Source of the DNA: an uncultured archaeon
GTDB lineage: Archaea > Iainarchaeota > Iainarchaeia > Iainarchaeales > JAAZKV01
Length of the DNA stretch: 64,000 bases
Direction of reading: 5' to 3'
Assembly (NCBI GenBank): GCA_964461205.1
Contig: CAYWUL010000002.1
Location: 17,779-81,778 of the forward strand
Shown here in pieces: positions 20,276 through 28,889 of the stretch. How positions within the stretch are numbered: the stretch's first letter is position 1; each line of letters starts with the position of its first letter. Position numbers and translations under genes: made by a program. The notes beneath the pieces were generated by a model that made no database searches, had not been told where the DNA came from, and saw only the letters and a program-made list of their open reading frames with translations.

Positions 20276-21076
20276 ATGTCTTTAATAATTCTAAAACTTG
20301 GCGGTTCTGCTATTACAAAAAAAGCAGACAATAAATTCGAAATGAATTATGAAGTTTTGAATCGTTCAGCACAAGAAATAAAAAATGCGCAAGAACAAAA
20401 TCCAGACTTAGAACTAATTGTTGTTTGTGGAGTTGGTCCTTTTGGGCACACAAATGTAAAAGAATTTGATATTAATAATGGAATCACAACAGATAGACAC
20501 AAAGCAGGAGTAGAAAAAACAAATAAAGATTGTGATTTTGTTGGGAATGAAACAGTAAAAGCATTAAAAAATATTGGTTTGAAAGCAAAGCTAATTTCAG
20601 GTTATGATATTTGCAAACAAAAAAACAAACAAGTAGTTTCTTTTGATTTAGGACCATACAAAAAAGCTCTGGAAGAAAAAATAATTCCAATTACTACAGG
20701 GATAATGGTTGAAGATAAAGAATTAGTTTGGAGCGTTATGTCTGGAGACCAAGTAATTGCACAATTAGCAAAACATTTATCTCCAGAAAAAGTTTTGATT
20801 GGAGCTGATGTTGATGGGATATTCACTGCAGACCCAAAAAATGATGAAAAAGCAGAATTAATTGAAGAAATAACAAAAGAAAATATTGAAAGTATTTTAG
20901 AAAAAGTTGGAGAATCAAGAGCCGTAGATGTTACTGGCGGAATGAAAGGAAAACTAGACAAATTAGCAAAAAATCTAGGCGGGGTTAATGTTGAAATATT
21001 TTCGCTATTTGTTGAAAAGAATTTAGAAAATGTTTTGTTAGGAAAAGAAATAAAAAGTACAAAAATAATGCTTTAA
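20276..21076 (+). CDS. ipk: Isopentenyl phosphate kinase (amino-acid-kinase family)
   Basis: 'IILKLGGSAIT' N-terminus. ~266 aa. Sits at the end of the MVA cluster. Confidence 0.65.
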   Translation: MSLIILKLGGSAITKKADNKFEMNYEVLNRSAQEIKNAQEQNPDLELIVVCGVGPFGHTNVKEFDINNGITTDRHKAGVEKTNKDCDFVGNETVKALKNIGLKAKLISGYDICKQKNKQVVSFDLGPYKKALEEKIIPITTGIMVEDKELVWSVMSGDQVIAQLAKHLSPEKVLIGADVDGIFTADPKNDEKAELIEEITKENIESILEKVGESRAVDVTGGMKGKLDKLAKNLGGVNVEIFSLFVEKNLENVLLGKEIKSTKIML

Positions 21077-21175
21077 TCAAAAAACAAAGCTCGAAATAAT
21101 CGTCCTAACTTAGTTTTTAAATATTGCTTTTAGTTAGCTTTTTATTGTGCTTAGTGCCTATTAATAGTGAGCCTT

Positions 21176-21712
21176 ATGAAACAAATAATACTACTTGGAA
21201 GAGGTGGACAAGGAGCAGTAACAAGCTCAAGAGTGCTAGCGATAGCAGCATTTGAAGATGGGAATTTTTCACAAGCCTTTCCTAATTTTGGTGTAGAAAG
21301 AATGGGAGCACCAGTAAGAAGTTATGCAAGAATTGATAAAAAATTTATTAATTTAAGAGAGCAAGTTTATGAAGCAGATTATGCAATAGTTTTAGACGCA
21401 ACATTATTATCTGGTCTAACAGAAAAAGTAACAGACACAATAATAATTAATTCAAACAAAACTGAAGAAGAAATAAAGTTAGAAACAAAAGCAAGAATAA
21501 GATGTGTTGATATCACAAAAGTAGCTTTAGAAGTAATAGGAAAACCGTTTGTAAATATTGCTGCTTTAGGAGCATTTGCGGCAATAACAAAAGAAGTTTC
21601 TTTAAAAGGATTAGAAAAAGCAGTTGAACAACAAATGGGGAATAAAGGGCCAATGGTAGAAAAAAACTTAAAAGCAATTGAAGAAGTTTACAAGCTTGCA
21701 GGTGGTAAGTAG
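21176..21712 (+). CDS. porG: Pyruvate:ferredoxin oxidoreductase gamma subunit
   Basis: 'LLGRGGQGAVTSSRVLA' motif. TATA-like CTTTTTATT ~30 nt upstream. Confidence 0.8.
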   Translation: MKQIILLGRGGQGAVTSSRVLAIAAFEDGNFSQAFPNFGVERMGAPVRSYARIDKKFINLREQVYEADYAIVLDATLLSGLTEKVTDTIIINSNKTEEEIKLETKARIRCVDITKVALEVIGKPFVNIAALGAFAAITKEVSLKGLEKAVEQQMGNKGPMVEKNLKAIEEVYKLAGGK

Positions 21713-21996
21713 TGGCAGAAAAAAAAGAAAAATTAAAGTTCAATAAAGGCGCAGTAATTGATGAGCCAGGTTCAACAAAAAAATACAAAACTGGAGAATG
21801 GCGAACATACAAACCATCAATTGACCATTCAAAATGTATTAAGTGTGGTAAGTGTTGGGCGAATTGTCCTGATGCAGCAATCTTCAAAGATAAAGATGGA
21901 AATTTTCAAATAAATTATGATTATTGTAAAGGATGTTTAATTTGTGAAAAAGAATGCCCAGTAAAATGTATTAGCCATGTTGTGGAGGAGAAATAA
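21712..21996 (+). CDS. porD: Pyruvate:ferredoxin oxidoreductase delta subunit (2x[4Fe-4S] ferredoxin)
   Basis: 'CIKCGKCWANCP' and 'CKGCLICEKECP'. GTG start overlapping the porG stop. Confidence 0.8.
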   Translation: MAEKKEKLKFNKGAVIDEPGSTKKYKTGEWRTYKPSIDHSKCIKCGKCWANCPDAAIFKDKDGNFQINYDYCKGCLICEKECPVKCISHVVEEK

Positions 21997-21997
21997 T

Positions 21998-22375
21998 ATG
22001 ATTAAATTAGATCTTCCAGCAAGAGTAAAAAAAGGATTGCATAAAAAAAGCTTGATTGTTCCAGGAATTATAAGAAAAGAAATTTCTGCAGAAAAAGAAG
22101 GACAAGCAAGAACAAGGTATGCTACAAAACAAATACTTGATGAAATAAATATTAAAGATAGAACAAAAAGACAAGCAGTTCAAAAAGCAGTAACACAACA
22201 CTTCAAAGAAGCAATTTTAATTGAAGCAGAAAAAGAAAGGATGTCTTATGAACAAAGACTCGAAGCAAAGTATAAAGTAGATGATAAATTAACAGCTTCT
22301 TTAAAACAAATATTAGGAAAAGATTTTGATAAGTTTGAACAAATAATTGAAAGAGTAAGGAGAACAGGTGAATAA
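21998..22375 (+). CDS. Hypothetical basic protein (125 aa) inserted between porD and porA
   Basis: ORF with ATG 21998. Lys/Arg-rich. Confidence 0.4.
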   Translation: MIKLDLPARVKKGLHKKSLIVPGIIRKEISAEKEGQARTRYATKQILDEINIKDRTKRQAVQKAVTQHFKEAILIEAEKERMSYEQRLEAKYKVDDKLTASLKQILGKDFDKFEQIIERVRRTGE

Positions 22376-22377
22376 AA

Positions 22378-23523
22378 ATGCCTAAAAAAGTAGTAATAAG
22401 TGGTTCAGATGCGATTGCCGAAGCGGTAAAACTTTGTAAACCGCGAGTTTGCCCAATGTATCCTATTACTCCATCAACATTAATACCTGAAAAAATTAGT
22501 GAATTTATTAATAATGGAGAAATGAATACTGAAATGATTCATGTTGAGTCAGAACATTCAGCAGCAAGCGCATTATATGGAGCATATGCAACAGGAGTAA
22601 GAGCATTCACAGCATCAGCAAGTAATGGGATTGCTTTGATGCACGAAATATTACCAATAATTTCTTCAGCAAGATTTCCGGCAGTAATGGGGGTCGCAAA
22701 CAGAACTATTAGTGGTCCAATAAATATTTGGAATGATCATAGTGATGCTATGAGTGAAAGAGATCAAGGTTGGATACAAATGTATTGTGAATCAAGCCAA
22801 GAAGCTTTTGATACAATAATAATGGCTTACAAGATAGCAGAAAAAGAAAAAGTTTCTTTACCCGTGATGGTTTGTATTGATGGATTTGCATTGAGCCATG
22901 TTTTTGAACCAGTGCAAATTGAAGAACAAAAAAAAGTAGATTCTTTCTTACCAGAATACAAACCAAGAGAATTTTTAGACACAAAAAAACCAATGTCTTT
23001 TGGACCAATTGCTTTTCCAAATAGTTTTTTTGAATTCCATGAACAAGAAAATGACGCAATGAAAGAAGCACTAAGAGAAATTCCATTAGTGCATAAAGAA
23101 TTTGAAAAAGAATTTGGAAGAAAATATGGTAATGGTTTGATAGAATTAATAGAAATGAAAGACGCAAAATATGCATTAATAGCAAATGGGACAAGTGTTG
23201 GAACTGCACGCGTTGTTGTTGAAGAATTAAGAAAAAAAGGAAAAAAAGTCGGTTTAATAAAACTAAAAACTTTCAGGCCATTCCCAAGAGAAGAATTAAT
23301 TAAAGCATGCAAAGGATTGAAAGCGCTTGGAGTAATTGATAGGCACGTTTCTTTAGGAAGTGAAGGTGCAATGACACTTGATATTAAAGCAGTTTTAAAA
23401 GATGAAAAAGTAAGAGTAGAAGGATTTATTTCTGGCTTGGGTGGAAGAGACATTAATACAACAAGACTAAAAAAGGCATTTGATATTTTAGAAAAAGGAG
23501 GTTCCGGAATCTGGCTTAAGTAA
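22378..23523 (+). CDS. porA: Pyruvate:ferredoxin oxidoreductase alpha subunit
   Basis: 381 aa PorA-like sequence. AGGTGA RBS. Confidence 0.85.
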   Translation: MPKKVVISGSDAIAEAVKLCKPRVCPMYPITPSTLIPEKISEFINNGEMNTEMIHVESEHSAASALYGAYATGVRAFTASASNGIALMHEILPIISSARFPAVMGVANRTISGPINIWNDHSDAMSERDQGWIQMYCESSQEAFDTIIMAYKIAEKEKVSLPVMVCIDGFALSHVFEPVQIEEQKKVDSFLPEYKPREFLDTKKPMSFGPIAFPNSFFEFHEQENDAMKEALREIPLVHKEFEKEFGRKYGNGLIELIEMKDAKYALIANGTSVGTARVVVEELRKKGKKVGLIKLKTFRPFPREELIKACKGLKALGVIDRHVSLGSEGAMTLDIKAVLKDEKVRVEGFISGLGGRDINTTRLKKAFDILEKGGSGIWLK

Positions 23524-23585
23524 GCCAGCACAGACGTGAACCGGCTGGGCGGTTCTGAAAAAGGAATTTGGCTTAAGTGATTGTT

Positions 23586-23933
23586 ATGGTTAGAGTTGGA
23601 AAATGGAGTAATAGAAAAAGAGGAAGAGTAAAAATTATCCCTTTTTCAGGAAGAACACAAACAAATGCAGAAGATAGAGTAATAAAATCAAAATTGAGTA
23701 GAAACATGGCTAATAAAAAAGAAGTTCTTGATGCGCTTGGAGACAAACCTAACCCTTATGCTAGAGCCGGGCTTTTAATGCGAAAGAGGCCTGAAATTAC
23801 TCCTGAAACACCAAAACGAGTTGCAGATGCGATAGAAAGACAAAATAAAGCAGGAGAAATTGTTAGAGACAGAAAAAGGAGAGCATCAAGGATAATGCAA
23901 GAACGGGCATTAAATCAAGGGAGGTTAGGGTGA
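23586..23933 (+). CDS. Small Arg/Lys-rich basic protein (115 aa)
   Basis: N-terminus 'MVRVGKWSNRKRGRVK'. Similar to the ORF at 11008. Confidence 0.4.
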   Translation: MVRVGKWSNRKRGRVKIIPFSGRTQTNAEDRVIKSKLSRNMANKKEVLDALGDKPNPYARAGLLMRKRPEITPETPKRVADAIERQNKAGEIVRDRKRRASRIMQERALNQGRLG

Positions 23934-24187
23934 ATTTTATGGTTAGAAGAAAAGTTTCTGGAAGAATTCCTTCAAAAGAAGAATTAACAAAAGAAACAAT
24001 GCTAAATTCAAGAATAAAATCACTTGGAGGAAAACCAGACAAGATGAGTGAAAGAGGTAAAAAAATGTTTTTGGAAAAAAGAGTTTGGGAACATCCAATA
24101 AAGGCGGGAGCCGCGTTTATTTATACAAGATTATTAAGAAGGAAAGCACAAAGTATTAGAAAAGCAAGACAAGAGGCACAGAATTAG
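23930..24187 (+). CDS. Small basic protein (85 aa)
   Basis: ORF overlapping the previous one by 4 nt. Arg/Lys-rich. Confidence 0.35.
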   Translation: MNFMVRRKVSGRIPSKEELTKETMLNSRIKSLGGKPDKMSERGKKMFLEKRVWEHPIKAGAAFIYTRLLRRKAQSIRKARQEAQN

Positions 24188-24203
24188 TGTGATAAATTGG
24201 CAG

Positions 24204-26219
24204 ATGATATTTATGGTAATAATGGGTTTGAATGAAGAAGAGCTTTTTGCAAGCGGGCATAGGGCATGTGCGGGGTGTGGAGAAGCACTAGCATTAAGAC
24301 ATATACTAAAAGCAGCTGGAAGAAAAACAATTGTTGCACAAGCAACGGGGTGTATGGAAGTTGTATCAAGCCCATATCCAGAAACAAGTTGGGAAATCCC
24401 ATGGGTTCATTGTGCATTTGAAAATGCGGCGGCAGTAGCAAGTGGAATTCGTGCAGCACTAAATATGAAAGGAGACAAAGAAACAAACGTTATTGCAATG
24501 GGTGGAGACGGAGCATCATTCGATATTGGGTTTGGTTCTTTAAGTGGAGCACTAGAACGTGGAAGCAAATTTTTGTATGTTGTAACAGATAATGAGGCAT
24601 ATATGAATTGTTTAGCGCTGGACTCACTAATAATGACAAAAGATGGATTGAAAAAAATAACCGACATAAATGTTGGCGATGAAGTTTATGCGTTTGGGCA
24701 AAATACAAACGAATTAGTTCTAAAAAAGTGTAGTGGAGTATTTGATAATGGAGAAAAAAGAGTTTTTGAAATTAATACTTCTTCAAATACAATAAAGGCA
24801 ACAGGAAACCACCCTTTCTTAGTTTTACAAAGAAATGGAAAGTCGGGAAAAAATCAATTTGTTTGGAAAATGGTTGAAGAATTAAAAGTTGGGGAAGAAG
24901 TTGTTTCACTTAAAAAAGGACTTGAAGGGAAAACCTATAATTTTTCTAAAATAAATGAATCAAAGAAAGGAGATTACAAAGTTAATAAGATAAATGAAGT
25001 AGAATTGCCAAATAATTCTTCCCCCGAATTAATGAAATTATTAGGAATTTATGTTGGGGATGGCTGGACAAGAATAAATAAAGCCGAAGTTGGGTTTGCT
25101 TTGCCAAAAAAAGTTAGGGGAAGAAAAGAAGCAAAGCAATTAATTGAAAATATGCTTTGGAGCCATTGTTTGAGTGAAACAGATAACGAACTGCATATAA
25201 GATCCATAAATATTGCAAGATTTTTTGATTCTTTGGGATTTGGAAAAGGAGCAAAAAACAAAATTGTTCCGCAATGGGTTTTTTCATTGCCATTAAATGA
25301 AAAACAAGCGTTTGTTGAAGGGTTAATGCTTTCTGACGGATATACAATTGGAAAAAGCAACAGATATGTTTCTGCAAGTTATGAACTTCTTAGAACATTA
25401 AGATTATTATTACAAACAATGGATGTACACGTTGGAAAAATACACCAACAAACAAAACAAAAAGGAACTCTTGTTGTAAACAGTGAATTGTTAGCAGATT
25501 CGACCTATGGTTGTGTGTGTTTTAGTGGAAAACAAGGCGCATTATTGAAATATGCTAACCAAAACAAACAAAGAAATTATTTATTTGGAAATGAACATTT
25601 TGAAACAAAGAAAATTATTTCTATAGAAAAAAAAGGGATTGAAAAAACACTGGATTTACGGGTGGATGGAGAACACAACTTTGTTGCTAATGGAATCGTA
25701 GTGCATAATACTGGAATCCAAAGAAGTGGAGCAACTTTTCCTTATGCAAGCACAACTACTTCTCCAGCAGGAAAAGTAATTCATGGAAAACAACAACCAA
25801 AAAAACCACTCCCATTTATTGTTGCAGCCCATGGTATAGAATATGTTGCAACAGCAAGTGTATCAAACTTAATTGACCTAAAAAACAAAGTAGAAAAAGC
25901 TCTCAAAGTAGACGGGCCATCATTCTTACATGTTTTAGTTCCTTGTACTCCAGGATGGAAGATAGATGCTTCTTCAACAATCGAAATTGCTAGAAAAGCC
26001 GTTGATACTTGGGCGGGGCCAGTGTATGAAATAGAAAGAGGAATATTAAAATTAAACCAAAAACCAGAAATAAAACCAATCGAAGAATACTTGATGATGC
26101 AAGGAAGATTCAAACATGTTACTCCTAGCGAAGTAGAAAAAATACAAGAATATGTTAACAAAAGGAAAAGATTCTTAGAAGAAAATGACGGAAAAGAAAT
26201 CGTTGATGTTTTATATTAA
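24204..26219 (+). CDS. porB: Pyruvate:ferredoxin oxidoreductase beta subunit (TPP-binding) interrupted by an intein
   Basis: N-extein 'HRACAGCGE...[13 protein letters not shown]...[10 protein letters not shown]', then an intein, then C-extein '[12 protein letters not shown]...'. The spliced length of ~300 aa matches PorB. Start ambiguous (24204, 24213 or 24222). Confidence 0.85.
   Translation: MIFMVIMGLNEEELFASGHRACAGCGEALALRHILKAAGRKTIVAQATGCMEVVSSPYPETSWEIPWVHCAFENAAAVASGIRAALNMKGDKETNVIAMGGDGASFDIGFGSLSGALERGSKFLYVVTDNEAYMNCLALDSLIMTKDGLKKITDINVGDEVYAFGQNTNELVLKKCSGVFDNGEKRVFEINTSSNTIKATGNHPFLVLQRNGKSGKNQFVWKMVEELKVGEEVVSLKKGLEGKTYNFSKINESKKGDYKVNKINEVELPNNSSPELMKLLGIYVGDGWTRINKAEVGFALPKKVRGRKEAKQLIENMLWSHCLSETDNELHIRSINIARFFDSLGFGKGAKNKIVPQWVFSLPLNEKQAFVEGLMLSDGYTIGKSNRYVSASYELLRTLRLLLQTMDVHVGKIHQQTKQKGTLVVNSELLADSTYGCVCFSGKQGALLKYANQNKQRNYLFGNEHFETKKIISIEKKGIEKTLDLRVDGEHNFVANGIVVHNTGIQRSGATFPYASTTTSPAGKVIHGKQQPKKPLPFIVAAHGIEYVATASVSNLIDLKNKVEKALKVDGPSFLHVLVPCTPGWKIDASSTIEIARKAVDTWAGPVYEIERGILKLNQKPEIKPIEEYLMMQGRFKHVTPSEVEKIQEYVNKRKRFLEENDGKEIVDVLY
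24609..25709 (+). mobile_element. Intein with LAGLIDADG homing-endonuclease domain, inserted in the PorB TPP motif (YMN|TG)
   Basis: Block A 'CLALDSL' (Cys1), block B 'TGNHPFLV', LAGLIDADG motifs '[11 protein letters not shown]' and '[11 protein letters not shown]', block F '[14 protein letters not shown]', block G 'IVVHN' followed by Thr+1. 1101 nt = 367 codons in frame. Confidence 0.85.
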
Positions 26220-26236
26220 TTTCAAGATTAATTGGA

Positions 26237-26246
26237 TTTTTTTTTT
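26237..26246 (+). terminator. Oligo-T tract (T10) downstream of porB, archaeal-type terminator candidate
   Basis: 'ggattttttttttattttta' immediately after the porB stop, between convergent genes. Confidence 0.4.
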
Positions 26247-26254
26247 ATTTTTAA

Positions 26255-27715
26255 CTATTTTTCACAAGCCCTTCCTTCACCACAAAAACCACTTAATTCT
26301 GTTCCTTTTTTTGTTGGATAAGTTCCATTCAAACAAGCTAAACATAGTTCTTTTTCATTAAAACCAATTGCATTAAAGAGGCCTTCAAAAGATTGATAAA
26401 CAATTGAATTAACACCAAGTTCTTTTCTAATTTCTTCAATCCTTTTTTTGTTATCAATTTCTGCTCTTGCAATAAATTCTTTTTTTGACCCCATGTCGAT
26501 TCCATAAAAACAAGGAAACATTATTGGGGGGCAAGAAACACGAACATGTATTTCTTTAGGATTCCCATTTGTTTTAATAAAATCAATAAGTCCTTTCATT
26601 GTTGTTCCGCGAACAATACTATCATCAACCAAGAATACTTTTTTTCCTTCAAAAACTTCACGCGCAATACTAAATTTTTCTTTTACCCTTTCTTCACGAG
26701 ATTTTGATTCAATAAAAGTTCTTCCAACATATCTATTTCTAATCAAACCTTCTTTTGATGGGATTTTTAAAAAATCAGAAAAACCGTCCCCTGCAGGTTT
26801 ACTTGAATCTGGGACAGAAACAACCACACAATTAGAATCAATTTTTTGTGTTTCGATTTTTGCAAGTTCTTGTCCAAGTTTGTAACGCACATTATACACA
26901 AGTTTTTTTTCTAGTACTGATGCGGGGTGTGAAAAATAAACCCATTCAAAAAAACAATAATCTTTTTTTTTGTTTGAAGAATAATTAACAAGTTTTATTT
27001 TGTTATCTTTGATGATTAACATGTGTCCTGCTGGAAGATCGTTTATTTCTTTAAAACCAAGGTTTGCAAGAGCAACACTTTCACTAGCAAAGGCAATTCT
27101 TTCTTTTTCTTCAGCATAACAAAGTGGTTTGATTCCATTGGGGTCTCGTAAAACAACAATCGTTCCTTCTGCATTAATAAAAGCAATACAATATGCTCCG
27201 TCCAATTTTTCTGCTAAACCAGAAAAAACTTTTTCTAAATCTTTTGAATTCTTTTTGAGTTCTTTTGAAATCAAGTGTTCGATTATTTCAGTGTCTGTTT
27301 CTTTAATTAAATGATAACCACTTTCTTCTAAACCTTGTTTTAGTTCTTTGTAATTTGCAATGTTTCCATTAAAACAAATAGAAAACCATTTGGTTTTTTT
27401 CCCATGTCTTCTTTCAAAGGGTTGTGCGTATTCAACATCATCTTTTCCACAAGTAGCATATCGCACGTGTCCAATTCCGCGTGTGGAATGCATTTTTTCC
27501 ATTATTTGTTTGAATTTGTTTTCATCATATGCTTTGAAAGCAACGTTTGCTAAACCCAATCCTTTGTAAGTTTTTAACAAATAATCATTGTTTGGTTGAA
27601 AAGTAGTCATTCCTGCAGATAATTGTCCTCTGTGTTGTAATTGAATTAGCATTTTGAAGATTTTTTTTTCAGCGTTTTCTCCAACAAAGCCACAAATTCC
27701 ACATTCATCTTTCAT
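26255..27715 (-). CDS. purF: Amidophosphoribosyltransferase
   Basis: N-terminal 'MKDECGICGFVG' (Cys1 Ntn), PRTase motif 'VFLVDDSIVRGTT', C-terminal Cys cluster. Confidence 0.85.
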   Translation of the reverse strand: MKDECGICGFVGENAEKKIFKMLIQLQHRGQLSAGMTTFQPNNDYLLKTYKGLGLANVAFKAYDENKFKQIMEKMHSTRGIGHVRYATCGKDDVEYAQPFERRHGKKTKWFSICFNGNIANYKELKQGLEESGYHLIKETDTEIIEHLISKELKKNSKDLEKVFSGLAEKLDGAYCIAFINAEGTIVVLRDPNGIKPLCYAEEKERIAFASESVALANLGFKEINDLPAGHMLIIKDNKIKLVNYSSNKKKDYCFFEWVYFSHPASVLEKKLVYNVRYKLGQELAKIETQKIDSNCVVVSVPDSSKPAGDGFSDFLKIPSKEGLIRNRYVGRTFIESKSREERVKEKFSIAREVFEGKKVFLVDDSIVRGTTMKGLIDFIKTNGNPKEIHVRVSCPPIMFPCFYGIDMGSKKEFIARAEIDNKKRIEEIRKELGVNSIVYQSFEGLFNAIGFNEKELCLACLNGTYPTKKGTELSGFCGEGRACEK

Positions 27716-27829
27716 TTATAAGTATTGGATAAATAACTAGTTAAAAAACAATTCAATCTTATACATAATTAGTTATTTTTTTTGGATAATTCTGTAATTA
27801 AATTATATTGTAATGATTTTTTTTTGTTT

Positions 27830-28600
27830 TTAGTTTTTTAATAATCTTTGCACTCTTTCAAATTTTAATCCGGATTGTTCACAAAGGTCCAAGACTTTTT
27901 GTTTCCATGTTTTTAGTCCTTTCCAATCAATAACAATTTCTTCAGCACCAGTTTTTGAAATCATTTGTGCGAGTAAATCAGAATCAAGTGATTCAAGAGC
28001 ATATTGTGGACAAATATGTCCAAAAGAATAATTTTTTCGAAGAGCTAGTTTTGTAAAATCTGGAGCATAATGCCTCCCACCAATTCCAATAACTATTTTG
28101 TCATTATTTTCTTTCATTGTATCTTCAATAAGTGTTTTTGCAATTATTTCTGCTTCCTCTTTGTTGTCCCATTCTTTTTGCGAACTTCCTAATTCAATAA
28201 AACAAACTTCTTTTTCACAATATGGGCCGTGGTGAGTAACTTCATAACAAACAACATATTCTTCGTTTTTGTTTTTTTCTTTTAATCCTCTTAGTAAGTT
28301 TGTAATGGTTTTTGGGGTTGTTGTGCACAGGGTTTTTTCTCTTCCACCAAATTCTGCTTTGTCAAAATTTCCTATTGAATGAACTGTAAGAGATTTAGTT
28401 CCTGCACTAGAAGCATGTTTTGAAAGAACAATTACTTTTTTTTCAGCACATTTATCTAAGGGTAAATGAGTACTGTCTTCTTCAAATTCATAAATTGTTG
28501 CCCATTCTACTGCCCCAATTTCTTTTAATCTTCCAGCAATGTTTTGTGCAGCAGGATCAATTTTTGAATAAGCAATGGCTATTTTTTCTTTTTGTTCCAT
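27830..28600 (-). CDS. dtdA: Archaeal-type D-aminoacyl-tRNA deacylase
   Basis: 'VCYEVTHHGP', 'IELGSS', 'IGIGGRHYAP', 'FGHICPQYA' and 'IDWKG' match the DtdA pattern. Confidence 0.7.
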   Translation of the reverse strand: MEQKEKIAIAYSKIDPAAQNIAGRLKEIGAVEWATIYEFEEDSTHLPLDKCAEKKVIVLSKHASSAGTKSLTVHSIGNFDKAEFGGREKTLCTTTPKTITNLLRGLKEKNKNEEYVVCYEVTHHGPYCEKEVCFIELGSSQKEWDNKEEAEIIAKTLIEDTMKENNDKIVIGIGGRHYAPDFTKLALRKNYSFGHICPQYALESLDSDLLAQMISKTGAEEIVIDWKGLKTWKQKVLDLCEQSGLKFERVQRLLKN

Positions 28601-28675
28601 AACAAGATTAGTGGCATAATAGTTTAAGTAACTTTTTAAAGTTTCTGAATTTGTATTATTTTAGAGGTGGTTTTA

Positions 28676-28828
28676 ATGCCAGTTGAATATGGAGAATTTA
28701 AGGGAAACAAAATGATTATTTTAAAGAGGACTGAAGAGGATACTTTTCCATTCCAATTTGGAAAAGGAAAAGCAAGGTTGATTGTTGAAAATATGGATGC
28801 AATTAAAGCATTTGCTGAAGAAGAATAA
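28676..28828 (+). CDS. Small protein (50 aa) with strong Shine-Dalgarno
   Basis: GAGGTGG 7 nt before the ATG. 'MPVEYGEFKGNKMIILKRTEEDTFPFQFGKGKARLIVENMDAIKAFAEEE'. Absent from the >=60 aa track. Confidence 0.3.
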   Translation: MPVEYGEFKGNKMIILKRTEEDTFPFQFGKGKARLIVENMDAIKAFAEEE

Positions 28829-28889
28829 ATTAGTTTTTACAAAAAATTTAAATCGCTGGAGATTTTTCTTCAGCGAGACACTATTTTTT

